In this document: piece after piece, positions 1 through 8,341 of the stretch
Position numbering within the stretch: position 1 is the first letter of the stretch
How the letters are laid out: each line of letters opens with the position of its first letter
Assembly (NCBI GenBank): GCA_040753955.1
Contig: JBFMDQ010000002.1
Coordinates: forward strand, 6,592-70,591
Reading direction: 5' to 3'
DNA: 64,000 bases
Origin: Nitrospirota bacterium
GTDB lineage: Bacteria; Nitrospirota; Thermodesulfovibrionia; Thermodesulfovibrionales; SM23-35
Position numbers and translations under genes: made by a program
Notes under the pieces: model-generated
Told to the model about the DNA's origin: nothing
Databases searched by the model: none
The model's input: the letters and a program-made list of their open reading frames with translations, nothing else

Positions 1-168
1 ACAGTCCTTACCATCTAAAAACTTTAACACGGATTATTGTGTTCTGGCAAGGTTGATCCCCGTGACCTCTTATGTCTCCTTCCCCAGGGTTTAACGGACC
101 TATCCCGGTGGTGATACCCTAACAAAATAGAGCGGTGAGCCTGACAATACTAAAATGGGTCTGATCAA

Positions 169-1146
169 TTATAGGTTCTCAAGTCCCATATTTTCAAAAA
201 TCGGTTTAAGTATAATCTTTGCTTCCTTCTGATGGGTCTTAACTGCCTCTTGAAATTTAAACCAGTGGCTCTCTTGATAATTTTCCTTCCATTCATAATT
301 CCATTTTAAAAAGCCAATCTTCTTGCGGACAGCTTCATTGAACCAGGCATCTTTCTTATAATCTATAAAGTTTTCCCCAATTGAAGCTTTATACCGCGCT
401 ATTCGGTCTTCTCTCTGTTCGTTGGTGCCATCATAGTCTCCAATAGCCTTGTCTATCTCCAAAACGAGATTGTCTCTATCTTGAGTTGCTACGCTGCTAA
501 TATAAGTTGTGTTAAGGTAACGACGGTATTCTTCAAACAGGCGTCCAGCAGCCTCAAGAAAACGACTTTTGTTATTGACCTTGGAATGACTCGGGACGAG
601 GCGTTTGTCTTCCCATAGCAGAGCCGGCCAATCAGGTTTATATTTAGCATCAGCATGTCCAATATCAGGTGTAGTCACCTCGAGAAGTCCTCGCATAGAG
701 TTAAAAGAATCGTAGTAACCCACAAAGTTTTGGTGTGCAAATGTATCTGAATATATATGAGTTGCTATCCCTATACGGTACAGGTTGTTTGAATTAAAAG
801 ATGCTTGAAGGATCTCCTGTGCATTGCGATTATCAGGTATGGTATTCAGCAGATGAAGTTTTCCGTCACAGCGGCGGGCAGAGTCAGTTTCAATATCATC
901 TATAATTCCGGGCATAAAGTGAAAAATCGGATAGATACGCATAAGCTCCTTCTTTGGTTTTACAATATTAAGTGTCTGACTTATGTAGTTGCTGTATGCA
1001 TTAGCAGTACCTGGGCTGATTTCGAATATTTTACTGTTATCATCTACATATTGAGAAGAATACGCTACTACATAGGCATCATCTGGTTTGAATCCTGCCC
1101 TGAGGGCAATGATATAAGTTATGTAATAATGGAATTCAATATTCAT
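169..1146 (-). CDS. hypothetical His-rich protein; function unknown, possibly a zinc phospholipase C / P1-nuclease-like fold
   Basis: Uninterrupted 325-aa ORF. It sits where pheT would normally follow pheS. It has His/Asp-rich motifs (FHYY, THIYSDTFAHQNF, GHADAKY), but I do not recognise a family with confidence. Confidence 0.5.
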   Translation of the reverse strand: MNIEFHYYITYIIALRAGFKPDDAYVVAYSSQYVDDNSKIFEISPGTANAYSNYISQTLNIVKPKKELMRIYPIFHFMPGIIDDIETDSARRCDGKLHLLNTIPDNRNAQEILQASFNSNNLYRIGIATHIYSDTFAHQNFVGYYDSFNSMRGLLEVTTPDIGHADAKYKPDWPALLWEDKRLVPSHSKVNNKSRFLEAAGRLFEEYRRYLNTTYISSVATQDRDNLVLEIDKAIGDYDGTNEQREDRIARYKASIGENFIDYKKDAWFNEAVRKKIGFLKWNYEWKENYQESHWFKFQEAVKTHQKEAKIILKPIFENMGLENL

Positions 1147-1179
1147 TTTGTAGAACCTTCAAATTTGAGCTCCCTACAA

Positions 1180-2193
1180 TCAAAATTGTCTCAAAAATCT
1201 CATATCGTTCTCAAAGAACAGCCTTATATCATCTATCGAATATTTGAGCATAGCCAACCTTTCTACTCCCATACCAAATGCAAACCCCGTGTATAAATCA
1301 ACATCGTATCCAACCATTTCGAATACCCTTGGATTTATCATACCTGCACCTAATATCTCGATCCATCCCGTATTCTTACACACCCTGCATCCTTTTCTGG
1401 AACAGAAGGTGCATCCGATATCCACCTCAGCGCTCGGCTCTGTAAAGGGGAAAAAACTCGGCCTGAATCTTACAGGTGTCTCCACATTAAAAAAGCTGTG
1501 GATAAAGGATTCCAGCACCCCTTTAAGATCGCTGAAGGCAACATCGGTATCGACCATGAATCCTTCTACCTGATGGAACATCGGAGTGTGGGATATATCC
1601 GCATCGCATCTGTAAACCTTGCCCGGAGCAATAATCTTCAAGGGCGGCCTTCTCCTTTCCATAACCCTAATCTGAACTGGTGAGGTATGAGTCCTGAGGA
1701 CGACATCTTCAGAGATGTAAAACGTATCCTGCATATCCCTTGCAGGGTGGTCCTTCGGCATGTTCAGTGCTTCAAAATTATAATAGTCGAGTTCCACCTC
1801 AGGTCCTTCTTCAACCTCAAAACCCATTGAAACAAATATCCCGATTATTTCAGAAAGCACCTTATTTACAGGATGCTCCCTACCAAAAGGCGTGAACTTT
1901 CCTGGTAGGGTTATATCTATAGCCTCTGAGAGGACGAGCCTTTTATGTTCTTCTTCTTTCAGGAGAGTTTCTCTCTTTCTTAGCTCCTCAGTTATATATC
2001 TTTTAACCTCGTTTACTGCCCTGCCGCATGCTGGCCTTAACTCAGGGGATATTGTAGAAAGGGTTTTGAGTTTTGAGGTAACAAGACCCCTTTTACCCAG
2101 GTATTTTACCCTTAACTGCTGAAGCTCAGCCAGAGATTTTGCTGATTTTGATTCTTTTAGAAATGACTTCTTTAGAGAGAGGATCTCCTCCAC
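1180..2193 (-). CDS. pheS: phenylalanine--tRNA ligase alpha subunit
   Basis: Class II aaRS motifs FRPSFFPFTEPSAEVD and GFAFGMGVERLAML, plus N-terminal LRVKYLGKRG. The ORF runs to 2226, but I prefer the GTG at 2193 (VEEILSLKK) because 2196-2243 forms an intergenic stem-loop. Confidence 0.9.
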   Translation of the reverse strand: MEEILSLKKSFLKESKSAKSLAELQQLRVKYLGKRGLVTSKLKTLSTISPELRPACGRAVNEVKRYITEELRKRETLLKEEEHKRLVLSEAIDITLPGKFTPFGREHPVNKVLSEIIGIFVSMGFEVEEGPEVELDYYNFEALNMPKDHPARDMQDTFYISEDVVLRTHTSPVQIRVMERRRPPLKIIAPGKVYRCDADISHTPMFHQVEGFMVDTDVAFSDLKGVLESFIHSFFNVETPVRFRPSFFPFTEPSAEVDIGCTFCSRKGCRVCKNTGWIEILGAGMINPRVFEMVGYDVDLYTGFAFGMGVERLAMLKYSIDDIRLFFENDMRFLRQF

Positions 2194-2195
2194 TT

Positions 2196-2243
2196 TTTCC
2201 CCGCACCACAGAAAGCCACCCCGCACCTTGCAAAATGCGGGGT
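2196..2243 (-). promoter_or_regulatory. stem-loop abutting the rplT stop codon, with an alternative pairing partner next to the pheS start
   Basis: Minus strand reads TAA-ACCCCGCA-TTTTGCAAGG-TGCGGGGT-GGCTTTCTGTGG-TGCGGGG-AAAAA-GTG. CCCCGCA can pair with either TGCGGGG copy, and the second copy lies just 5' of the pheS GTG. Confidence 0.35.
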
Positions 2244-2597
2244 TTACTTCTCATTTCTCACTTTCTCTACCAGCTGACTGAAAGCAGATGGGTCGTTGTA
2301 GGCCATATCCGCAAGGACCTTTCTATTTAATGTAATATTTGCCTTCTTCAGCCCTGACATAAACTGGCTGTAAGTTAACCCAAGGGCACGTACAGCAGCA
2401 TTTATCCTGATAATCCAGAGAGCCCTGAATTCTCGCTTCTTTGCCTTGCGATCCCTGTATGCATATCGCAGTGACCGGTCGACGGCTTGCGTTGCAATCT
2501 TATAGAGACGGCTTTTAGCTCCGTAATAGCCCTTAGCCCTCTCCACTATCTTCTTTCTTCTCCTCCTCGTCTTAAATCCACCTTTTGCCCTCGGCAT
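2244..2597 (-). CDS. rplT: 50S ribosomal protein L20
   Basis: 117 aa starting [16 protein letters not shown] and containing [14 protein letters not shown], the typical L20 sequence. It sits in the infC-rpmI-rplT order. Confidence 0.95.
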   Translation of the reverse strand: MPRAKGGFKTRRRRKKIVERAKGYYGAKSRLYKIATQAVDRSLRYAYRDRKAKKREFRALWIIRINAAVRALGLTYSQFMSGLKKANITLNRKVLADMAYNDPSAFSQLVEKVRNEK

Positions 2598-2631
2598 CCA
2601 TTCCTCCTTAATAAAAGTGAAAAGTCAGAAG

Positions 2632-2832
2632 TTAAAAGTTGAAAGGTAAAAGTCTTTTAATGTTGCTATATTCGATATTTGAAACCAAGGTCGTTTTCCT
2701 GAGCCCCCTTGTCCTCTTTGCAGATTTGCCAGTAAGAAGATGGCTCTTATAAGCCTTTCTTCTCTTTATCTTCCCTCTGCCTGAAACCTTAAATCTTTTT
2801 GCTGCCCCTCTATGGGTCTTAAGCTTCGGCAT
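2632..2832 (-). CDS. rpmI: 50S ribosomal protein L35
   Basis: [15 protein letters not shown] is the canonical L35 N-terminus. The ORF extends 5 codons upstream to 2847, but the ATG at 2832 matches the family start. Confidence 0.95.
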   Translation of the reverse strand: MPKLKTHRGAAKRFKVSGRGKIKRRKAYKSHLLTGKSAKRTRGLRKTTLVSNIEYSNIKRLLPFNF

Positions 2833-2916
2833 CCTATCACCCTCCATAAAAGTGAAAAGTTAAAAGTTTTCGAAAAATCCTCCACTTATGACTCATAACG
2901 TTTAACTTATAGCTTA

Positions 2917-3408
2917 TTATTTTGGCGTTATAACCATGGTTATGCGGTTACCCTCAAGTTTGGGTGACTGCTCAACATTAAATTTACCTGTCAATGTCTT
3001 TAATATCTTCTCAAATACCTTCATGCCGAACTCGGGCCTGACAATCTCCCTTCCCCTAAAAAACATCGTCACCTTTGCCTTATTACCCTCATCAAGGAAA
3101 CGCCTGATATTCTTCACCTTTAAACCAAGGTCGTGCCCTGTTATTTGAGGCCTGATCTTGACCTCCTTAATCTCTGCAGCCTTCCTCTGCGTCTGCCTCT
3201 TGCTCAACTGGTACCTGTACTTCCCAAAATCGAGTATCTTGCAGACCGGAGGCTTAACATTTGCTGCCACTTCTACAAGATCCAGTCCTCTATCGCTCGC
3301 AATCTTCAATGCATCACCGAGAGGCATAATGCCAAGCTGTTTTCCATCAACATCTACCAGTCTAACCTCCTTAGCCCTTATCTGTTCGTTGGCCCTTATT
3401 TCCTTAAT
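2917..3408 (-). CDS. infC: translation initiation factor IF-3, likely with an ATT start codon
   Basis: IF-3 sequence (IRANEQIRAKEVRLVDVDGKQLGIMPLGDALKIA, then the C-terminal domain). The frame stays open upstream of the first ATG (3327) with no ATG/GTG/TTG. AGGAGGTG (3424-3417) is followed by ATA (3411) and ATT (3408). Confidence 0.9.
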   Translation of the reverse strand: MKEIRANEQIRAKEVRLVDVDGKQLGIMPLGDALKIASDRGLDLVEVAANVKPPVCKILDFGKYRYQLSKRQTQRKAAEIKEVKIRPQITGHDLGLKVKNIRRFLDEGNKAKVTMFFRGREIVRPEFGMKVFEKILKTLTGKFNVEQSPKLEGNRITMVITPK

Positions 3409-3428
3409 TATACTTTCACCTCCTGAAT

Positions 3429-5180
3429 TTAAAGTTCAAGACTTTTATCTCTTATTTTATCTTTTGTTATCCCTATAAATTTTTCTATTGTGAAGGGCCC
3501 GATGTTTTCGCCACTGCGCTTCCTGACGGTTACCCTCTGTTCAGAAACTTCCCTATCGCCTATTATAACCAGATATGGCACCTTCCTCAAGGTGGCGTTT
3601 CTAATCTTATAGCCGATCTTTTCATTTTCAATATTTAATTCAGTCCTTATACCCTCTGATTTTAATCTTCTCGAAAGGGCCGCTGCATAATCTGAATGCC
3701 TTTCGGAGATTGTAAGGATCTCAACCTGCACAGGTGCAAGCCACAGAGGAAAGGCTCCTGCATAGTGCTCTATGAGTATCCCAAAGAACCTTTCTAAAGA
3801 ACCCATTAAGGCCCTGTGTATCATTATCGACCTGTGATCCTTACCATCACTCCCCCTGTAGGTCAAATCAAATCTCTCGGGAATATTGAAATCAACCTGA
3901 ATGGTGCTACACTGCCATGGCCTATTAAGTGAGTCTTTGACCTTTATATCTATCTTAGGGCCATAGAAGACACCCTCCCCTATATCTACCTCATAAGAAA
4001 GCCCTTTTATCTCGAGTGCCCTTTTAAGGGCAGCCGTGGACCTTTCCCAGTTTTCAAGGCTCCCAACGTATTTTTCGGGTCTTGTAGAAAGGCAGATTTC
4101 ATAATTCTCAAAACCAAAGATTCTCAGTATGTAAAGGGTAAACTCAAGCACACCCAGTATCTCATCCTCTGTCTGGTCCTCCCTGCAGAATATATGCGCA
4201 TCATCCTGCGTAAAACCCCTGACACGCAGAAGGCCATGAAGCACGCCCGAACGTTCATATCTGTAAACAGTTCCCAACTCGGCATACCTGATCGGCAAGT
4301 CTCTGTAACTTCTCAATGAAGTTTTATAGACATGGATATGAAAGGGACAATTCATGGGCTTAATTTCGTAGTCCATCCCCTCAACTTCCATAGGGGAATA
4401 CATGTACTCACTGTAAAAGTCAAGGTGGCCACTTTTCTGCCATAACTGGAGCTTTGCTATATGGGGCGTATAAAGGATTTTATAACCTGCCCTGTAATGT
4501 TCATCTGACCAGAAATCTTCTATAGTCCTCCTTATCACCGCGCCGTTTGGGTGCCAGAGGATAAGGCCGGGCCCTATCTCTTCGTTGATGCTGAAAAGAT
4601 CAAGTTCCCTTCCGAGCCTCCTGTGGTCACTCTTCTTAACCTTTTCTAAGAAATGAAGATATTCCTCCAAATCCTTCTCATCTGTAAAGGATGTCCCATA
4701 AATCCTCTGAAGCATCTTGTTTTTCTCACTTCCACGCCAATAAGCACCCGCAATACTAAGCAATTTAAAGGCTGTGACCCGGCCCGTTGATTCTATATGC
4801 GGTCCTTTACAGAGGTCTATAAATCCTCCTTCCTCATAGAGGGTTACCTCATGCTCCTCCATCTCTTCGAGAAGCTCAACCTTATAATCCTCGCCCATTT
4901 TTTTAAACAGCTCTATCGCCTCTTGCCTTGAAATGATTTTGCGCACAAAGGGATTGTCCTGTTTTGTTATCTCCGACATCTTTTTTTCTATCAAGGCGAG
5001 GTCTTCTGGTGTAAAGGATCTGTCTATATCAAAATCATAATAGAAACCCTCATCCGTAGCAGGACCTATTGCGAGTTTTGCATCAGGAAAGAGCTCTTTC
5101 ACAGCGTGAGCCATTATGTGGGATGTGCTGTGTCTGTAAATCTCCCTCTCTTCCTTGAAATTAAAATTAATAACCCTTAT
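3429..5180 (-). CDS. thrS: threonine--tRNA ligase lacking the N-terminal TGS domain; start codon uncertain
   Basis: Editing-domain motif RHSTSHIMAHAV, class II motifs (YRYERSGVLHGLLRVRGFTQDDAHIF, GSLERFFGILIEHYAG) and an anticodon-binding C-terminus. The first ATG (5114) lies inside the HxxxH motif. The frame is open only up to the TGA at 5183-5181. Confidence 0.9.
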   Translation of the reverse strand: MRVINFNFKEEREIYRHSTSHIMAHAVKELFPDAKLAIGPATDEGFYYDFDIDRSFTPEDLALIEKKMSEITKQDNPFVRKIISRQEAIELFKKMGEDYKVELLEEMEEHEVTLYEEGGFIDLCKGPHIESTGRVTAFKLLSIAGAYWRGSEKNKMLQRIYGTSFTDEKDLEEYLHFLEKVKKSDHRRLGRELDLFSINEEIGPGLILWHPNGAVIRRTIEDFWSDEHYRAGYKILYTPHIAKLQLWQKSGHLDFYSEYMYSPMEVEGMDYEIKPMNCPFHIHVYKTSLRSYRDLPIRYAELGTVYRYERSGVLHGLLRVRGFTQDDAHIFCREDQTEDEILGVLEFTLYILRIFGFENYEICLSTRPEKYVGSLENWERSTAALKRALEIKGLSYEVDIGEGVFYGPKIDIKVKDSLNRPWQCSTIQVDFNIPERFDLTYRGSDGKDHRSIMIHRALMGSLERFFGILIEHYAGAFPLWLAPVQVEILTISERHSDYAAALSRRLKSEGIRTELNIENEKIGYKIRNATLRKVPYLVIIGDREVSEQRVTVRKRSGENIGPFTIEKFIGITKDKIRDKSLEL

Positions 5181-5237
5181 TCAAAACCTCCAGATGGAAA
5201 TTGTGTGGGCAGTATTTCTCACCCTCAAGATGCATAT

Positions 5238-5266
5238 ATAATACATAACTCATTCTTACATTTCAA
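5238..5266 (-). promoter_or_regulatory. putative sigma70-type promoter for thrS
   Basis: Minus strand has TTGAAA (5266-5261), a 17-nt spacer, then TATTAT (5243-5238). This is about 50 nt upstream of the GGAGG at 5191-5187. Confidence 0.35.
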
Positions 5267-5326
5267 TGAGTTAAAATCCTTGATAGCTCCTTTCTCCTTA
5301 TCTTTTTGATAGTAACGAGGATGATA

Positions 5327-5356
5327 CAGACATACATCGCTGAAATGTTCTATAAT
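5327..5356 (+). promoter_or_regulatory. putative promoter for def that predicts a leaderless or near-leaderless mRNA
   Basis: CAGACA (5327-5332), an 18-nt spacer, then TATAAT (5351-5356). The def ATG is at 5362, only 5 nt after the -10 box, and there is no Shine-Dalgarno sequence. Confidence 0.35.
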
Positions 5357-5361
5357 TATAC

Positions 5362-5883
5362 ATGGCCTTGCTCGAGATAAAAAAATATCCAGAAAAGATT
5401 TTAAAAGAAAAGGCTGCCTATGTAGAAATTATGGACGGTGACCTTCAGGGTCTTATTGACGATATGGTTGAGACGATGTATGCTGCAAGAGGTGTAGGGC
5501 TCGCAGCAAATCAGGTGGGCGTCTTGAAGAGATTATGTGTGATAGATACAAGTACAAGGGAAGAAGAAAAAAGACTTCCCATAGTCCTTATAAACCCCGT
5601 CATTATTGGAAAAGAAGATACCGTAGAGGCTGAAGAGGGATGTCTGAGCATCCCTGGATATATCCCGATCGTGAAAAGGTCAGCAAAGGTCTATGTAAAG
5701 GGTCTCAATAGAGAAGGCAAGCCAATAGAGATAGAAGCTACAGGCCTTCTCGCCAGAGTCTTACAACACGAGATAGACCACCTCGACGGACTTCTCATTA
5801 TTGACAGGATAAGCCCTATCAAAAGAGAGTTTTTTAAAAAGCGATACAAAAAATCCCTGAAGGCAGCAGTGAGTGGCAAATGA
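5362..5883 (+). CDS. def: peptide deformylase
   Basis: All three deformylase motifs are present: GVGLAANQVG, EGCLSIPG and QHEIDHLDG. Confidence 0.95.
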   Translation: MALLEIKKYPEKILKEKAAYVEIMDGDLQGLIDDMVETMYAARGVGLAANQVGVLKRLCVIDTSTREEEKRLPIVLINPVIIGKEDTVEAEEGCLSIPGYIPIVKRSAKVYVKGLNREGKPIEIEATGLLARVLQHEIDHLDGLLIIDRISPIKREFFKKRYKKSLKAAVSGK

Positions 5884-5892
5884 CAAATCTGG

Positions 5893-6030
5893 GGTTATAG
5901 GACTGTTCTTGAGCGGTTTCTTTTGCCGATATTCAGATAGAATATCTAAAAATCAAGGGGCAAAGGCCTCGGAGTCCCGCACCATATCATGGTACAGGAC
6001 GAGAATGAGCGAGAGAGCAGTCCTATAACC
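5893..6030 (+). repeat. modular two-hairpin repeat element, copy A (diverged termini)
   Basis: Termini GGTTATAGGACTG ... CAGTCCTATAACC are inverted. The internal layout GAGCGG - TTTTGCC/GGCAAAG hairpin - CCTCGGAG - GTCC..GGAC hairpin - CGAGAATGAGCG is shared with copies at 29888 and 31596. Confidence 0.75.
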
Positions 6031-6057
6031 TTTTTTAAAAAATACTTGTAACATAAA

Positions 6058-6984
6058 ATGCGTATAGTATTCTTTGGCACCCCTGAATTCGCTATCCCTT
6101 CAGTTAAGGCGCTGTTGCAGTCAGAAGAAGAACTCGCTGCAGTGGTGACACAGACTGATAAAAGAACGGGAAGAGGTCGCATAGCCTCCCCTCCTCCTGT
6201 CAAGGAATTCGCTATGCAGCGGGGGATCAAGATTTTACAGCCGACAAGTATGAAAGACCCTGCCTTTCTCAATGAGCTTTCAGTTATGGAACCTGAAATC
6301 ATCGTTGTTGTTGCATATGGGAAGATATTGCCTACCCAGATTCTCAACCTTCCCCCTCACGGCTGTATAAACGTACATGCATCCCTCCTTCCAAAATACA
6401 GGGGGGCTGCCCCAATTCAGTGGGCGATAATTAATGGTGAAAAGAAGACAGGGATAACCACAATGCTCATGGATGAAGGACTTGACACAGGTAATATCCT
6501 CCTACAGGAAGAAACAGAGATATCTAACGAAGATAATGCAGAGACCCTCGGAAAAAGGCTATCCGAGATAGGCGCATCTTTATTGATTAAAACAATAAAA
6601 GACATAAAGGATGGTTCTATCAAACCCATCCCACAGGTGGGGACCCCAAGTTATGCCCCTCCCTTTAAAAAAGGAGATGGAAGGATTGATTGGTCAAAAA
6701 GTGCAACAGAAATATTTAACTTTGTCAGAGGTATGTATCCATGGCCCTGTGCCTATTGTTATTTAAATAAAGGGAGGATTAAAATTACTAAGGTAAAGGT
6801 TCTCGAAGGTTTAGGCATTCCCCGCAGGGTAGAGAAGGTGAGCAAAGGAGAACTTGTAGTTGGTGCAGGTAATGGATTAGTCTCAATAATCGAACTTCAG
6901 CCTGAGGGTAAAAGGTCGATGTCTGCCGCAGCCTTCTTACAGGGGAGGAGATTAGAAAAGGGGATCTTTTTTGATGAGCCGTAG
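6058..6984 (+). CDS. fmt: methionyl-tRNA formyltransferase
   Basis: MRIVFFGTPEFA N-terminus and HASLLPKYRGAAPIQWAIING motif. It follows def. Confidence 0.95.
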   Translation: MRIVFFGTPEFAIPSVKALLQSEEELAAVVTQTDKRTGRGRIASPPPVKEFAMQRGIKILQPTSMKDPAFLNELSVMEPEIIVVVAYGKILPTQILNLPPHGCINVHASLLPKYRGAAPIQWAIINGEKKTGITTMLMDEGLDTGNILLQEETEISNEDNAETLGKRLSEIGASLLIKTIKDIKDGSIKPIPQVGTPSYAPPFKKGDGRIDWSKSATEIFNFVRGMYPWPCAYCYLNKGRIKITKVKVLEGLGIPRRVEKVSKGELVVGAGNGLVSIIELQPEGKRSMSAAAFLQGRRLEKGIFFDEP

Positions 6985-7552
6985 ATGGGTTAGAGGTCTT
7001 ACTCTTAAAATTTTATATCCCTTCCTTATGCTTGCTGGCTCTTTTTCGAAGAACAGAAAAGAGGCCTTTCAGAGGTTAATTGTTAATCTTAATAATAAAC
7101 TTGTTAGAAGAGAAAAACCCAAGGCGAAGAGTATACTCCTCCTTTTACCACACTGTCTCCAGGTGAATGAATGCAATATCAGGCTTACACATAACATCTA
7201 TAACTGTGAAAGATGTGGCAGATGTGAGATTAGAGACTTGATCGAGATTGCCGATGATAATCACCTAAGCCTTTTCGTTGCAACAGGTGGCTCTCTCGCA
7301 AGGAGAATTGTAAATGAAGTGAAGCCGGAGGCAGTTGTTGCCGTTGCATGTGAGAACGAACTGAGTAGCGGAATCGCTGATACATATCCTCTTCCAGTAC
7401 TGGGCATACCAAATGAACGCCCCTTCGGACCATGCCTTAATACAAGCGTCGATTTAGAAAAAGTTAAAGAAGCGATAGATTTCTTCAGTAAACCCCGTCG
7501 GAATTCATTCCCATGGGTAAAAGCCCTTACTATTAAGAATTTTAAGGGATAG
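6971..7552 (+). CDS. DUF116-like Cys-rich protein
   Basis: LLLPHCLQ ... CERCGRCEI ... VAVACENEL pattern, as I recall it for DUF116. It overlaps the fmt stop by 14 nt, which suggests an operon. Confidence 0.5.
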   Translation: MMSRRWVRGLTLKILYPFLMLAGSFSKNRKEAFQRLIVNLNNKLVRREKPKAKSILLLLPHCLQVNECNIRLTHNIYNCERCGRCEIRDLIEIADDNHLSLFVATGGSLARRIVNEVKPEAVVAVACENELSSGIADTYPLPVLGIPNERPFGPCLNTSVDLEKVKEAIDFFSKPRRNSFPWVKALTIKNFKG

Positions 7553-7557
7553 GGAAA

Positions 7558-8319
7558 ATGGAAAAATCAAGGGTCGAAAAGAGAAAGTTTTCTATACAGA
7601 AGGAGATAAGCAACCTAATAAAGGTTCCTATTTATATACTTGCCTTCACACTGCTCGGTCTAATCTTTGGCTATCTCACTTTCAAGATTTTGAGTTTCAG
7701 CAGAACTGTCGAAGTGCCTGACCTATATGGAAAAAGCTCGGTGGAGGCAACTAAACTTCTCAGAGAGAGGGAACTTAATCTAAAGATTGAAGGTGAAGAT
7801 TACGATCCTACTGTACTACCCGGGCACATACTCAAACAGGATGTGCCAGCCGGGAAAAAGATTAAAGAAGGGAGGGGGATAAAGGTCATCCTCAGTAAAG
7901 GGCCGAGGGTGCAGTCAATCCCGATGCTCGTCAATGAAACGCTCTCAAATGCTGAATACCTACTCCTTCAAAAAGGTTTAAAGATAGCAAAGGTAATGAG
8001 GGTACACTCGGACACAGTTGAAAAGGACAGAATTATAGCTCAAAAGCCAGAACCCAGTGAAAAAGTGGGTGACTACATCACTGTACTTGTTAGTCTAGGT
8101 CCTCATGAGGTAATCTATTATTGCCCTGACTTTAAAGACATGACTGCTGAGGAGGCAAAAGAGCTTATGGGAAGGCTAAACCTAAAAATAGAAATGGGAG
8201 GCTATGGCAATAATGTAAGGGCACAAAAACCAAAGCCCGGGACATATATAAAAACAGGAGATACAGTCTTTCTGCAACTTGGATCTCCCCTCTCCCCTCC
8301 TTACCAAGGAGGGGAATAA
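7558..8319 (+). CDS. membrane-anchored PASTA-repeat protein with no kinase domain
   Basis: Short cytoplasmic N-terminus, one TM segment (VPIYILAFTLLGLIFGYLTF), then about three PASTA-like repeats (VEVPDLYGKS..., VQSIPMLVNET..., YYCPDFKDMT...). The last ~11 codons (SPLSPPYQGGE) come from a C-run/G-run hairpin repeat. Confidence 0.7.
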   Translation: MEKSRVEKRKFSIQKEISNLIKVPIYILAFTLLGLIFGYLTFKILSFSRTVEVPDLYGKSSVEATKLLRERELNLKIEGEDYDPTVLPGHILKQDVPAGKKIKEGRGIKVILSKGPRVQSIPMLVNETLSNAEYLLLQKGLKIAKVMRVHSDTVEKDRIIAQKPEPSEKVGDYITVLVSLGPHEVIYYCPDFKDMTAEEAKELMGRLNLKIEMGGYGNNVRAQKPKPGTYIKTGDTVFLQLGSPLSPPYQGGE

Positions 8320-8326
8320 GGGGAGG
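8294..8326. repeat. C-run/G-run hairpin repeat (CCCCTCC-TTACCAA-GGAGGGG, then AATAAGGGGAGG)
   Basis: Perfect 7-bp stem. It resembles TCCCCCCTTATCAAGGGGGGA...AGGGG at 58410-58440 inside priA. Confidence 0.6.
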
Positions 8327-8341
8327 TTAAGAGAAACCTCT

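Noticed and set aside
1-168. Possible SRP RNA, RNase P RNA or cobalamin/TPP riboswitch fragment.
   Set aside because: The conserved cores (GGAA tetraloop helix-8 motif, GAGGAAAGTCC, GCCACTG B12 box, CTGAGA/ACCTGATCTGGATAATGCCAGCG) are absent on both strands.
8279-8341. N-terminal extension of rpe (MDLPSPLLTKEGNKGRLRETS).
   Set aside because: The extension is the translation of the C-run/G-run hairpin repeat, and the canonical Rpe N-terminus starts at 8342.
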